This document shows, in pieces, positions 29,732 through 39,600 of a stretch of 64,000 nucleotides of DNA; positions within the stretch are counted from its first letter, which is position 1; every line of letters starts with the position of its first letter. The translations under genes were made by a program, and so were the position numbers. Origin of the DNA: an uncultured Planctomycetota bacterium (GTDB taxonomy: Bacteria; Planctomycetota; Planctomycetia; Gemmatales; Gemmataceae); NCBI GenBank assembly GCA_963849325.1, contig CAWKHF010000001.1:448001-512000 (forward strand), in the 5' to 3' direction. The notes beneath the pieces are model-generated. The model was not told where the DNA came from and made no database searches. It worked only from the letters and a program-made list of their open reading frames with translations.

Positions 29732-30621
29732 ATGCAGCAAGCCCTCGACGGGTTCATTCGCCACATGGAAACGGAGAAACAGGCTTCGGACTGCACGGTT
29801 CGAGCGTATCGCGCAGACCTGCGCAAGCCGTAAACTTCTTCCGCTCCCAGCTGGGGACGCCTACGCCACGTCCCGAAGATCTGACGGCCGGCCTCCTGAG
29901 CGATTACGTCGCTTGGCTTGGCCGGCAAGGCTACGCCGCGAGCACAATACGGCGGCGCATGGCGGCCGTGCGATCATGGATTCGCTTCCTGGTTCAGCGA
30001 GGCTTGCGGTCAGACGATCCGTCCGCAAGCGTGTGCGGCCCGCGTCCGAATCGACGGCTCCCGCATTTCCTGACTGTCGCCGAGGTGGTGCGTCTGCTCG
30101 ACGCGCCGCCGGCCGACGCTCTTATCGGCGTGCGTGATCGCGCCGTACTGGCCGTGTTGTATTCCACCGGCGTCCGAGGCGGCGAGTTGACGGGCTTGAA
30201 CGTCGAGGACGTAAACGTAGACGCCGGCACGGCCAAGATACGGGGCAAGGGTCGGATTGAACGTCTGGGCATCCTGGGGCCGCCGGCCGTGGCCGCACTG
30301 TCGCGTTGGCTGAGCCGGCGCGACGAGTTGGCAGGTTCGTCGGAACCAGCCCTCTTTGTAGCCTGTACGGGTTCGCGCCTGGACTGTCGCTCAGTGAACC
30401 GACTGATCAAAAAACACGCGACCTGTATCGGTGTCGATAAACGCACTTCGCCGATCTCGTTTCGGCACAGCTTCGCCACGCACCTACTTAACGGCGGGTG
30501 TGATTTGCGTGGAATCCAAGCCATGCTTGGGCACTCTTGCCTTTCAACGACCCAGCGATACGCGCACGTTTCGACGCGGCGGCTTCGGAACGCCTACGAT
30601 CAATCGCACCCTCGCGCCTGA
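29732..30621 (+). CDS. XerC-like tyrosine recombinase (frameshift ~29828)
   Basis: SDCTVRAYRADL, RRLPHFL, RDRAVLAVLYSTGVRGGEL, GKGRIER, SPISFRHSFATHLL, LGHSCLSTTQRY and YDQSHPRA. Confidence 0.88.
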
Positions 30622-30716
30622 CAGGGTTGAGGAATATCTCCTTGCATCGCCCTGGATCGCCTGGGCCGCGTCCAGTTCAATCGGGACGGCTCATCGGTCT
30701 CTCGGCGCCCGCAACT

Positions 30717-31040
30717 TCAACTCGGCGGCGTCCAGCATGGCCGAGGCACTGTCTTCATGCTGGCGCAGGTGGTGAGCGACGGGCTGCGCCTGATCGCGGA
30801 GGGTGCGGAACGAAGAAGAGAGTATCGGCGCTGTAGGCCCAGGTGGAACGCTGCACACTTCGGGCAGAGCCAGTAATCGGCGTAGACGCACACAATGTCC
30901 TCCGTCAGTTCCTCGCACCTTTCGCAGAAGGAACCCGCCAGGGGCGGCGGTTCCGGTCTGTCTTGCTGCAAATCCCGGTGACAGTGCGTTGCCTGCCTGT
31001 CGCGCTGTCGCCACCGGGCTTTCATCGTCTCCACGTCCAT
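30717..31040 (-). CDS. Hypothetical Zn-finger protein
   Basis: CERC...CPKC; RBS-like GAAGAG upstream. Confidence 0.5.
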   Translation of the reverse strand: MDVETMKARWRQRDRQATHCHRDLQQDRPEPPPLAGSFCERCEELTEDIVCVYADYWLCPKCAAFHLGLQRRYSLLRSAPSAIRRSPSLTTCASMKTVPRPCWTPPS

Positions 31041-31527
31041 CGTTGTTTCTCTTCACCCTTCCCGGTAATGGTGAGGTCGGTGCGCAATGCCCCGACCGCT
31101 CTTTCGAGCAATCGGGACATTGCATAAGGCTTTCCCGTATAAAGGAGCCGGCCGTATGCTTTCATGCGCGTCGCGTTATTGATCCGCAGTCCGACGCGAG
31201 CCGTCACCGGCTCCCCTGCGCTGCGCTGGTCTCTACACGGCACCTGCCATCCGCACCGTTGAACGACCAGAAGCCGAGCGTCACTTCGCCCAGCTCGTGT
31301 CCAGCCCACGGCGTACTTGCATCCGCCGCCGGCCATCGTGAAGAGCACCCACGGTCGGCGGCCCTGTAAGCCCCGTCTGCCGTGGGTCTGGCGACGGACT
31401 CCAAGCCGCCGTCGCTATCAGCTTCTTCGTTTGGGCAATCACTCGGCATCGCCTCTCCGCACGAAGACACGCGGGTTGCTCGCGTCGCCGGCCGGAGCCA
31501 GGGGAGCCGTTGTCGTGGACGATGCGT

Positions 31528-31731
31528 TTACGCTGCCGGACTGGCCGCCACTGCTGGTTCCGGCATGATTAAGCCGAAACAAAACCAACTCCGGCAGCCG
31601 TGCCGCCGACAGTCTTCCAGGTGGGCGAACAAGGGGTTGTCGCCCGTCCAGGACACTATCGCCGCCGTCTCCTGGCCTCGGTCCCAGCCGGGACGCGAAG
31701 GCTGATCCGTCAGAGCGAATTCAAACATCAA
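31528..31731 (-). CDS. Small hypothetical protein
   Basis: Translationally coupled to the upstream ParB-like gene. Confidence 0.45.
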   Translation of the reverse strand: MMFEFALTDQPSRPGWDRGQETAAIVSWTGDNPLFAHLEDCRRHGCRSWFCFGLIMPEPAVAASPAA

Positions 31732-32918
31732 GCCGCCTCCGTTTCAGGTGTGTAAGTCGCCGTCTGTCGCAGCTTCTCCGGCAATCGATCCCATGTCACC
31801 TTCGGTATCCAGCCCAGACCTTTGCAGGTCTGGCACCCTGGAGCGACGGTCTCTCGGCAGCATGGGCAAGCCGTGTGCGGCTGCCAGTGGGCCAGCTCGC
31901 GGCGGATATTGGTCAAGTCCGCGGAGTGATACCGTTCGACGGACTCGCCGTCTCTGGTTTCCCTGGTCATTTTCAGGTGATTGGCCCGAAGTAGTTCGGC
32001 TCCCTCCATGCCGCCGAGCCGGTCGATCATCTTCGCCGCCTGGCCGAGATGCCGGTCAAGCTCCGAGAAGAAATCGACAGACTCCATCGCCTTCCGCGCT
32101 GCCTCGGTTCGGCAGGGAAAGCCCAGCGCGTCCTTGACAGCTCCGGTCGCTTCCTCCTTCGCCGTCGCCGGCGTGTCCGCCTTCTGACGCTTGCCGATCC
32201 GGCTTACGTCCATCTGGCGACCGTGCGCATCGACTCGAATGTCAGGCGCCGGCGCGGGCGGAGCGGGAGCCGTCGCCGAGGCGGGTGTCGAGCCGGCCAT
32301 CGGGGCCATTCGCGTCGGCGCGGCCGTCGCGGGAGGAACCGGGTCCGGCTCGGGAGTATCCCAGGGAGTGCGCGTCGATGCAAATGTCTCGTTCGGCGCG
32401 AACCAGTCGCCTGCCGAAGCGCTCTCCGTCTGCTCTGCGGAAATTTCCGCAGTGGGAGGCGATGCTTTCCGGCACTCGGCCAGATGGTAGCGCACGAGCT
32501 TTTCGTCCACCTTGCACGCCTTGGCGATGGCACGATTGCTCAGATGTGGATTGAGACGATAGGCCGTCAAGATCGCATTGCGTCGATCCTCAGCCGTCCG
32601 CCGCAAGCCGTGCGACGCATTGGCACCGAGGGCGTGCCACAACGCCGCCGTCCATTCGCCAGAGTGGACCTCGCACGGGATCTCTGTGCAACCCGCCTCC
32701 TGTGCGGCCTGGCATCGGTGGTGCCCATCGGCCAGGTGATAGACCTTGCCGTCGAAGAAGACAATGACGGGGGGCAACGTTGCCGGCCATGTGCCTTCGT
32801 CACCGAGCAACTCCATCAAGTCATCGACGTGCGCCCGGTTCGTCTCGGCACGCACCTGGAGCCCCTCGGTGCGAATCTGGGCCAGGGGGACAAGCTGCGG
32901 TTGAGAAGTGCGCGACAT
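31728..32918 (-). CDS. ParB/Srx N-terminal domain protein with HTH, Pro/Ala linker and C-terminal Zn finger
   Basis: LPPVIVFFDGKVYHLADGHHRCQAA, ANASHGLRRT..DRR, LSNRAIAKACKV and CPCC..CQTCKGLGW. Confidence 0.85.
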   Translation of the reverse strand: MSRTSQPQLVPLAQIRTEGLQVRAETNRAHVDDLMELLGDEGTWPATLPPVIVFFDGKVYHLADGHHRCQAAQEAGCTEIPCEVHSGEWTAALWHALGANASHGLRRTAEDRRNAILTAYRLNPHLSNRAIAKACKVDEKLVRYHLAECRKASPPTAEISAEQTESASAGDWFAPNETFASTRTPWDTPEPDPVPPATAAPTRMAPMAGSTPASATAPAPPAPAPDIRVDAHGRQMDVSRIGKRQKADTPATAKEEATGAVKDALGFPCRTEAARKAMESVDFFSELDRHLGQAAKMIDRLGGMEGAELLRANHLKMTRETRDGESVERYHSADLTNIRRELAHWQPHTACPCCRETVAPGCQTCKGLGWIPKVTWDRLPEKLRQTATYTPETEAA

Positions 32919-33152
32919 GGAAGCTCGAAGAAGTGGTTATGTGGGGAGTGAGAAGTGATCGAAAGGAGGCGGTCGAAAGTCTGCAACCGTGCTTGCGAGG
33001 AAAGCAGGAGCGAAGTAGACTGGTGGGCAACTCAGCGCCATCCATCGGAGATGAGAAATGCTCTGCACTCTCTTAATTTTGGTGGCCGACGAAAACATTT
33101 ATCAAGAGCGATCCGGCAACTATTTTGAGGCGATCTTGCTACTAACCTGGCT

Positions 33153-33344
33153 ATGTCTCATAGCCGCGCTCTCGCTCTCGGTCAGAAGAAAAACCGCCTG
33201 CCCGAAAGCCTTTTTCTCGGACCCATAGGACTATTCCTGGCTTGGCTTTTGCCACCACGGCGCCCTTGCCCGGCCTGCCGTTTTCGCATCCCGGTGGATG
33301 CTACACGGTGCGGTCACTGCGGAAGCACCGTCGCGGATGCCTGA
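33153..33344 (+). CDS. Small membrane Zn-ribbon protein
   Basis: LFLGPIGLFLAWLLP followed by CPAC...CGHCG. Confidence 0.55.
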   Translation: MSHSRALALGQKKNRLPESLFLGPIGLFLAWLLPPRRPCPACRFRIPVDATRCGHCGSTVADA

Positions 33345-33364
33345 TTCGATCGCTGCTCTTTTCT

Positions 33365-34834
33365 TTAGTGCGGCCGTTCGCGTCGATTTAGCTCCTCCAG
33401 CTGTCGCGTAATCCTTTCCAGTTCTTCGCGCATCTTCGGGACGTTTTTACGCTGAATTTCCAGCAATCGCTGCTCGAAAGGATTTTTGTTGAGGATGGAG
33501 AGCTGCATCTGCTTGCGGGCCTCGGCGATGGGAGAATATTTCGCCGGCTGCTCTCGGGACGCCTCCGTAATCATCATGTTGAGGTTGCGGCCTCTGCGGA
33601 TCAGCCTTTTTTCTTCCTTGCCCTCGTACCCCTCCCTGCCGGTCTGCGAAAAGCGCTCCAGGATGTCTGCGGCCCGTTCCGCTTTCCCCTCCCCGACATA
33701 GGCGTATCCATGCCGCGCGGTGTAGAAGTTTCGCTCGCCGCGCTGTTCAATCCCCCTCAACCTTTCGGCGTCCTGCTTTGCTTGCTCTCGTCTCTTCTCG
33801 GGGGAAAGCGCGTTCCATTCGTCGGCCGAGATGCCATGCGTATGACTAGACAGGTTTCGCGCCCATTCAAATTCTTCCTCGGTTGGCCGTCCGTGCTCCT
33901 CGGAAGGCGTCGAAATGTTGTTGACGGCGAGGGGGAGAGCTGCCGCCACGGCGGCGACCGCGCCAGCTGGCCCGGCGAGGCGGACGAGATTGGAAAGCAT
34001 GGCGCTCTCTTTCGCGGCCGCGTTCATCTTTCGGATCGCAGCCGTGGCGAGCGTCAGGACCGGAGAGAGCGCGGCCGCCGCATGACCGAAGCCGATCAGG
34101 GCAGGCACGGCGACCACGCCGCCGGCGACGAGCTTTTTCGTTCCGTCGTCGAGGCTCTCGAACCAGTCGGCCACGGTCATGATGCCGTCCACGGCATCCG
34201 TCATGACCGGCAACAAAGCACTGCCGATCTCCGCCGTGAGTATCTGAACAGCCCCTTCCATACTCCTAAATACCCCAGGGCTTGCCGCCGAAGCGAAGTG
34301 CTTCAGCTCCAGATACATTCCTGTAGTTGTGGCCGTGGCGATCAGTGCCGATTTCTGCACTCCCGTAAATGCCTGCTTGAGCGCCTTCATGTTGGCGGTC
34401 TCGCCCTTGATCTTCACCTGGTTCTGATCGAGCTGGCCGTTAAGATGCTCGAGCGCGTGAGCCTGCTTCTCCCACGTGCCGAGCGAAACTTGACCGGCCG
34501 CGGCGAGGCGGACCTCGGCCTCGGCGACCATGTTGATATTCTCGGCGGCCTGTCGCATGGCCTGCTCGAAGGGGAGCATGGGCGCCGGGGCCGAGGTCGA
34601 AGTCGTATTCGGCGCCGGCGTGGTCTGCGCGACCGGGACCGGCGAGTTCGGCGCGCCCGCCGAGGTCGGCCCGGCCGGGGAGTTCGGGTTCGGCGTGGGC
34701 GCCGGCGTGTTCAGTTGTGCTATGGGCGCAAAGTACGCCGCGATGGTTTGCAGCTGGCGCGTAGCCTGCGCTAGCTGCTGGATCACCGGCTGCATAAATG
34801 CGGGGACTTGATTGTCGGGGATCTTGTCGGACAT
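33365..34834 (-). CDS. Tape-measure-like helical protein
   Basis: Ala-rich helical sequence; EIGSALLPVMT..WFESLDDGTKKLVAGGVVAVPAL resembles phage tape-measure segments. Confidence 0.55.
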   Translation of the reverse strand: MSDKIPDNQVPAFMQPVIQQLAQATRQLQTIAAYFAPIAQLNTPAPTPNPNSPAGPTSAGAPNSPVPVAQTTPAPNTTSTSAPAPMLPFEQAMRQAAENINMVAEAEVRLAAAGQVSLGTWEKQAHALEHLNGQLDQNQVKIKGETANMKALKQAFTGVQKSALIATATTTGMYLELKHFASAASPGVFRSMEGAVQILTAEIGSALLPVMTDAVDGIMTVADWFESLDDGTKKLVAGGVVAVPALIGFGHAAAALSPVLTLATAAIRKMNAAAKESAMLSNLVRLAGPAGAVAAVAAALPLAVNNISTPSEEHGRPTEEEFEWARNLSSHTHGISADEWNALSPEKRREQAKQDAERLRGIEQRGERNFYTARHGYAYVGEGKAERAADILERFSQTGREGYEGKEEKRLIRRGRNLNMMITEASREQPAKYSPIAEARKQMQLSILNKNPFEQRLLEIQRKNVPKMREELERITRQLEELNRRERPH

Positions 34835-34846
34835 GGCAGCTCTTTA

Positions 34847-35164
34847 TTAGAGAATCGACGCTGACCTCGACGCGGCCAGCTGGGCAAGGGCGACGTTCAA
34901 GTCATCCTTGAGTTTCGCGGCGTATCCGGCGAAGCCGGCAGCGGCACTACTCTTTTCCAACGCCTCGGCGACGAGGTAGCAGATTGCCTCACCGAGAATG
35001 CGGCCCTGCTCGGCCGCGCCGTCGGCCGACTCTAACCGTGATTGATATTCCTGAATCTTGGCCTGTAGTGCAAAAACATGCCCACGATGCAGCTCCGCAG
35101 CGATACGGCCGTCAATGGATCCGTCGCAAAGCAGGTCGGCTTTCATCCGGTCGAAGGCATTCAT
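34847..35164 (-). CDS. Hypothetical protein
   Basis: GAGGTG RBS; co-oriented in the minus-strand operon. Confidence 0.6.
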   Translation of the reverse strand: MNAFDRMKADLLCDGSIDGRIAAELHRGHVFALQAKIQEYQSRLESADGAAEQGRILGEAICYLVAEALEKSSAAAGFAGYAAKLKDDLNVALAQLAASRSASIL

Positions 35165-35403
35165 CGTTACACCTCGAAGAAGAGAAAAAGGGACTGGTGA
35201 TCGAAGCGGCTGCTACTTGCCTGGTAGTGAATCTGGAGGGGGCAGCGCTGCACCTTTGCGCTGGGGAAGGCGTCGGCCGCTCGGCCAGGGCGGCAATCTG
35301 TTCGTGCAGGCTGGCAAAATCGAGGGCCAGCCGGCGCAGCACGCCGCGCGTTTCGCGGGCCAGCTTTCGACATTCGGCCGCCCTGCGACGGAGATGGACT
35401 GGA

Positions 35404-35871
35404 TCAATCGTTCGATGACGAGTTGTCATGGATCGCCTTGCCTTTCTCGAAAAAGCCAGGATGCTCGGATAGCATCTGGGCGAATTGATCTTTGATGAAT
35501 TCGATTTCTCGTTGAAGATCGACCTGGTGACGAGTCTTCAAAGTGAGTTCCAGGAGCCGGCTTGCGGCCGCGAGCTTGACCTGATCCTGTTCGGACTTCA
35601 TCAACGCCGCGAGCGTGTCCACGGCCGCGCCGTTCTGGGCCAGCAGCTTGCCCAGCGTTTCGGAGACCAGCTGGCTCCGGATTTCCTCGACCGCAGCCTT
35701 GAACGCCGGCCGTTTGAGCCATCGCCGCACCGTCCGTACCGTGACCCCAGCAGCGGCCGCCGCTACGCTGGCGGGTTGCCCAGCAGCGACGGCCAGGGCG
35801 GCGTTCAGCCAGCCCCCGCCGTTTGGGGTGACATTCTGGGGCTGTTTGCGGACAGGGGACACGACGGGCAC
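35404..35871 (-). CDS. HTH protein, terminase-small-subunit-like
   Basis: AAAAAGVTVRTVRRWLKRPAF followed by helical AVDTLAALM..VKLAAASRLL. Confidence 0.6.
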   Translation of the reverse strand: MPVVSPVRKQPQNVTPNGGGWLNAALAVAAGQPASVAAAAAGVTVRTVRRWLKRPAFKAAVEEIRSQLVSETLGKLLAQNGAAVDTLAALMKSEQDQVKLAAASRLLELTLKTRHQVDLQREIEFIKDQFAQMLSEHPGFFEKGKAIHDNSSSND

Positions 35872-36481
35872 CTACGATCTTGCTGGCATCTCAGACATCA
35901 TGTCTGATTTTCCTTCTATCAGACAACTTGTCTGACTTTACTCCCGCACGACGGATTCCCAAATCAAATCCTCTCCCTTTTGTGGGGGATTGTTTGGTCT
36001 GCTGGTCTACCCTGGGTCGGTTAGGTGATGCCAGGTGGTCAGACTGCCTGTCTGGTTCTCGGCCGGTGACGACGACATGGCCGATGGTTTTCGAGAGGTT
36101 TTGACCGGCCGCGAGGGCCGGAGGGACCGGGGCGTATCCGTCATGCCGCATCAACCAGCGGCCCGTTGCCCGGCTTAACCACGCCCCCGTAGGAGCGTGG
36201 GAACCCTTCGTTCTTCGTCGTCTTCGCGTCAAATCCGGTTCGTCGTGTGACGATCCGCGAAACCGCTTCGGCTCGGTGGGGAGGTTTGAACCCACCGCTG
36301 GCGCCGCCGGTCCCTCCGGCGACCGCTTCCGTTTTGTGTCGGGATAAACGTCCGCGTGCTCGCAACCCGCCGATCCGTCAGGACCGGAACCGACCTTCCT
36401 CGGAAAAACATCGCTTTGGGTGGCGGCTACTGGAAATGCAGCGGAGGGCGTGCTATATTTCAGTTACCGACCATCCTCTGA

Positions 36482-36519
36482 ACCGCCGAGCGCTGATACG
36501 CCCGGCGGTTCTTTTTTTT
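36482..36519 (+). terminator. Intrinsic terminator
   Basis: ACCGCCG...CGGCGGT stem followed by a T-run. Confidence 0.7.
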
Positions 36520-36531
36520 GATTCGCGCCGT

Positions 36532-36741
36532 CTATTCGGCCTTCGTGGCGATGTCGTCCGTCTCGACGCTATCGCATCCGAATAAATGCTTTAGGTCCTC
36601 CCAGCGCCAGCGGAGATGGCGGAACCCTGGCAGCGGCGGCGGCAGCATCCCACTTTTGGCCCAATCGGCTATCGTCTTCCGGGTAACATTCGCCGCCTCG
36701 GCGAGTTCCCGCGTTCCAACCCATCGTTTTCCCATCGGCAT
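36532..36741 (-). CDS. xis: Excisionase (MerR/AlpA-like HTH)
   Basis: VGTRELAEAANVTRKTIADWAKSGMLPPP..LRWRWEDL, next to the integrase. Confidence 0.78.
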   Translation of the reverse strand: MPMGKRWVGTRELAEAANVTRKTIADWAKSGMLPPPLPGFRHLRWRWEDLKHLFGCDSVETDDIATKAE

Positions 36742-37085
36742 TCCTCCAGACAAGCAGCAACCGGCGAATTTGAAGAAGTTCGAGTGCCCAAGAGGAGTTA
36801 TTGCGGGACAAGGAGAAATTGTGCGGCGCGATTCGGATTTTTCACGGAAGGAACCGGGAAGGTGACAACGTTGTCAGAGATGAGAGAGGGGAGTAGTTGA
36901 CAGAGCGAAATTGTTTCCTATCGCTGAGTGCGGAAGGCGACGCGAGTATCGGCGACGGGAGAGGAGACGATGCTTCGCCGCGAACGAGGAAGGTCAATGC
37001 GGCCGTCTACGCTGGCGCCAGTGCGCTCCGGGTGCCGCGACGGCCAACGGGCCGGCTTGCGCCTCGACAACGCGGCAGACGTGAG

Positions 37086-38633
37086 CTAATGCGTATCCCT
37101 GCGCGATCGCCGCGGCGACGGCTTCTTGTCGGTTGGCGCCTCGACAAAGCCGAGCTGCTGACCCAGCCAGGTAACGGCCTCGTCAAAGAGGACTTGTGGC
37201 GGGGCTGCATAGTGCTTGTCCGCCATCGTCGCGGGAGCATGACCAAGGAACAGATCGACGAATTGAGCGTGGACGGGATGCGATTTCAGCAAGGTTGCAG
37301 AGGTTTTTCGCAGCAGCTTCATGGGCTTTTTCAAGCCGAGCCGCTTTTGCAGTCTGCGGAAAAGATCTCCGAACGAATCGACAGCCCGATAGTTCCCTTC
37401 GATCAGCCGCTTGTACACGAAAGGTTTCCCCGTCTTGGTGACAAGAACGCGCTGCTGTCCGCTGCGGTGTTCTTGGAGCAAGGCAAATGTCGCGGGCCAG
37501 AGGAGATAATTAACGGTCGGCGTGTTCGCTCGCTTCCTGGTCTTGCTTCGTTTCCTGACGATCCGCCCCGCCAACCAATCGACCTCGGAATCGAGTAGGT
37601 CGGACACGTCCGCTTGCGTCGCGCCGCAATTGAGCTGTAATAGGAGAGCAAGGCGAAGTTTGGCTGTCGCCTCGCTGACGATACGACGTACCTCCTCGGC
37701 CTCGAACGTCTCGATATTCTCGTTCGCCGATCCAAAGGCGAACCGCCGAGAATTAAGGTTTCTCGGTTCGTCAATGACGTGTTCCTCCACCAGCCAACGC
37801 GCCCAGCATCGCGCCGCCAAGAAAACCTCCTTCGCGTATGCCTTCGACCAGCCGGAATCCGGCGATTGCTGGCGTTCGGCGAGCTTGGACACACAGTAGT
37901 TAAAGATCCCGCTTAGCTTGTCCTCGTCAATGCCGGCCGCGTCCGCGTCTTCGCCGAGGTAGTTGGCCACATGCGCGATATGGACGCGGATGGAAGCGAG
38001 CCGCACCGCCGACAGTTGGCCGGTAGTCACTTCGTCCATCTTCACCTTCAACCACTTCTCCACAAGCGATTTCACCGTCTTCCCAGACTCCCCCGAAGCG
38101 GCGACAGTCTCGCCCCGTAGTTCTTTGGCGGCCCGCTCCACCTGTTGCACGCGAGCGGGCGGGAGATGCCCTGCCACGGCCGGCGGCAGGGACGATAGCT
38201 CACCGAACAGGAGTCTTTCGAGCAAGCCCATTATCTCGCGGCGCCTGATCGTCTCCGCGTCCTCGACAGGGCTGGGCGGGTCGATGGGGATTTCGTCATC
38301 GCCCCGCGGGTCGCACTGGCCCTTGGGTTGCTGTGCCACTTCGCGGAGCAACGCTTGCTCCAAGAGATGCCGCACGTTCCCGAATAGGTCCGGCGCGACG
38401 CCCAGCGACGCCGCCGCAAGGTCTTCCATCGGTGCCGGAACGCGGCCCGGCTTGATGGCGTAATCCAGTTCGGCTTGCTTGTCCCGCCACCATTGATTCG
38501 CCGCGTGCAAGCTGTCCTCTTTCGTCTCGGGGACGCCGAGGGCTTTACAGGATACCCAAAAGCGTTTACCCTTGTGCATCCGCGTCCAGCGGCGACGTGA
38601 GGGAACCCATGTCATCAACTCCGGAGTCGGCAT
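37086..38633 (-). CDS. int: Tyrosine integrase of the element
   Basis: N-terminal arm-binding-like MTWVPSRRRWTRMHKGKRFWVSC, LLQLNCGATQADVSDL, RKRSKT, KLLRKTSATLL and FLGHAPATMADKHY; adjacent to attR. Confidence 0.88.
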   Translation of the reverse strand: MPTPELMTWVPSRRRWTRMHKGKRFWVSCKALGVPETKEDSLHAANQWWRDKQAELDYAIKPGRVPAPMEDLAAASLGVAPDLFGNVRHLLEQALLREVAQQPKGQCDPRGDDEIPIDPPSPVEDAETIRRREIMGLLERLLFGELSSLPPAVAGHLPPARVQQVERAAKELRGETVAASGESGKTVKSLVEKWLKVKMDEVTTGQLSAVRLASIRVHIAHVANYLGEDADAAGIDEDKLSGIFNYCVSKLAERQQSPDSGWSKAYAKEVFLAARCWARWLVEEHVIDEPRNLNSRRFAFGSANENIETFEAEEVRRIVSEATAKLRLALLLQLNCGATQADVSDLLDSEVDWLAGRIVRKRSKTRKRANTPTVNYLLWPATFALLQEHRSGQQRVLVTKTGKPFVYKRLIEGNYRAVDSFGDLFRRLQKRLGLKKPMKLLRKTSATLLKSHPVHAQFVDLFLGHAPATMADKHYAAPPQVLFDEAVTWLGQQLGFVEAPTDKKPSPRRSRRDTH

Positions 38634-38784
38634 GACGGACCTCCAATGGCGACAGGCGATTGTCAGTTCATCCGTATTATACCTCCCTGGCGTATCTCTG
38701 GCAACACTTTTTGGCAACAAAATTGGCGTTAAGATGGGAGGTTTGTTGCCGAAAAACCCTATAAAACAAGGCATTTTCGATTGC

Positions 38785-38874
38785 ATGCTGTGGCACTGGC
38801 GCAATGGCTTCCGTTTGCTGGCGTATCCGGGATCGTGGCGACAGCGGTTTCCGGAGCAGGAGGGGAAGCCGTAG
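38785..38874 (+). other. attR plus displaced original 3' end of the GNAT gene
   Basis: Encodes MLWHWRNGFRLLAYPGSWRQRFPEQEGKP* with host-like GC-rich codons. Confidence 0.88.
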
Positions 38875-38930
38875 AAGTATGACGAAGGGCAGTCGTCGCA
38901 TCGATGAACTCCACTAAAGAGGAACAAACC

Positions 38931-39167
38931 ATGTCCACCATGATCCCCGTAGAGGAAGCTCAGGCCCGGTTGAAAGAATTGATCGGTCAATTGGCCCCTG
39001 GTGAGGAAGTCGTTCTCACGGAAAACCAACAGCCGGTGGCGAAACTGATTGGCGAACGTCCGCCGCGCACGCCTCGGCCCGCTCCGGGGTTGGGCAAGGG
39101 CAGTATCCTCTACATGGCCGCTGACTTCGATGAACCGCTGGAGGAATTCAAGGAGTACGTGGAGTGA
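38931..39167 (+). CDS. Phd-like antitoxin
   Basis: EEAQARLKELIGQLAPGEEVVLTENQQPVAKL..DFDEPLEEFKEY. Confidence 0.88.
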   Translation: MSTMIPVEEAQARLKELIGQLAPGEEVVLTENQQPVAKLIGERPPRTPRPAPGLGKGSILYMAADFDEPLEEFKEYVE

Positions 39168-39550
39168 AGCTCCTTGTCGATACGCACACGTTCTTGTGGT
39201 TGGTCGAGGGGAACCCGAACCTGGGTACGGCCGCCCAAACCGCGATCAGCGACCCAGCCAACGAGTTATTTCTGAGTGTCGCGTCTGTGTGGGAGCTGGC
39301 GATCAAGACCGGCAACAAGAAGCTTATCCTCAGCGACCCGCTCCCCGTCTTCCTCTCCAAGTGGGCGGCAATCTATCAACTGAATCTCTTACCGATCCAG
39401 CCGTCTCACGCTCTGGCGGTCGTGGGGCTGCCGGCCCACCACAAAGACCCTTTCGATCGAATCTTGATCGCCCAGACCTTGGTTGAAGGAATGACCCTGG
39501 TGAGTGGGGACAGCAAGTTCGCACCGTATGGCGTGCCGATCCTTTGGTGA
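39164..39550 (+). CDS. vapC: VapC PIN toxin
   Basis: LLVDTHTFLW, SVASVWELAIK and HHKDPFDRILIAQ. Confidence 0.93.
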   Translation: MKLLVDTHTFLWLVEGNPNLGTAAQTAISDPANELFLSVASVWELAIKTGNKKLILSDPLPVFLSKWAAIYQLNLLPIQPSHALAVVGLPAHHKDPFDRILIAQTLVEGMTLVSGDSKFAPYGVPILW

Positions 39551-39600
39551 CGCCGGTTCACGATGGCCCTGGCCTTTTCCGAATTCCTCTCAAGGCCGAC

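Larger units (their letters stand above)
26255..38807. mobile_element. Integrated element (~12.5 kb; phage-satellite/IME-like) inserted in the GNAT gene
   Basis: Direct repeat ATGCTGTGGCACTGGCGCAATGG at 26255-26277 and 38785-38807, integrase and Xis next to attR, and phage-like cargo. Confidence 0.92.

Noticed and set aside
36461-36474. CAGTTACCGACCAT resembles the 3' half of the mini-array 1 spacer (CAGTTGACCGACCAT)
   Set aside because: Gapped, PAM-distal only, with no seed match.
38634-39029. 647-aa version of the integrase ORF extending across attR
   Set aside because: The extension overlaps attR and the antitoxin on the other strand; ATG 38633 with a GGAGG RBS is the plausible start.
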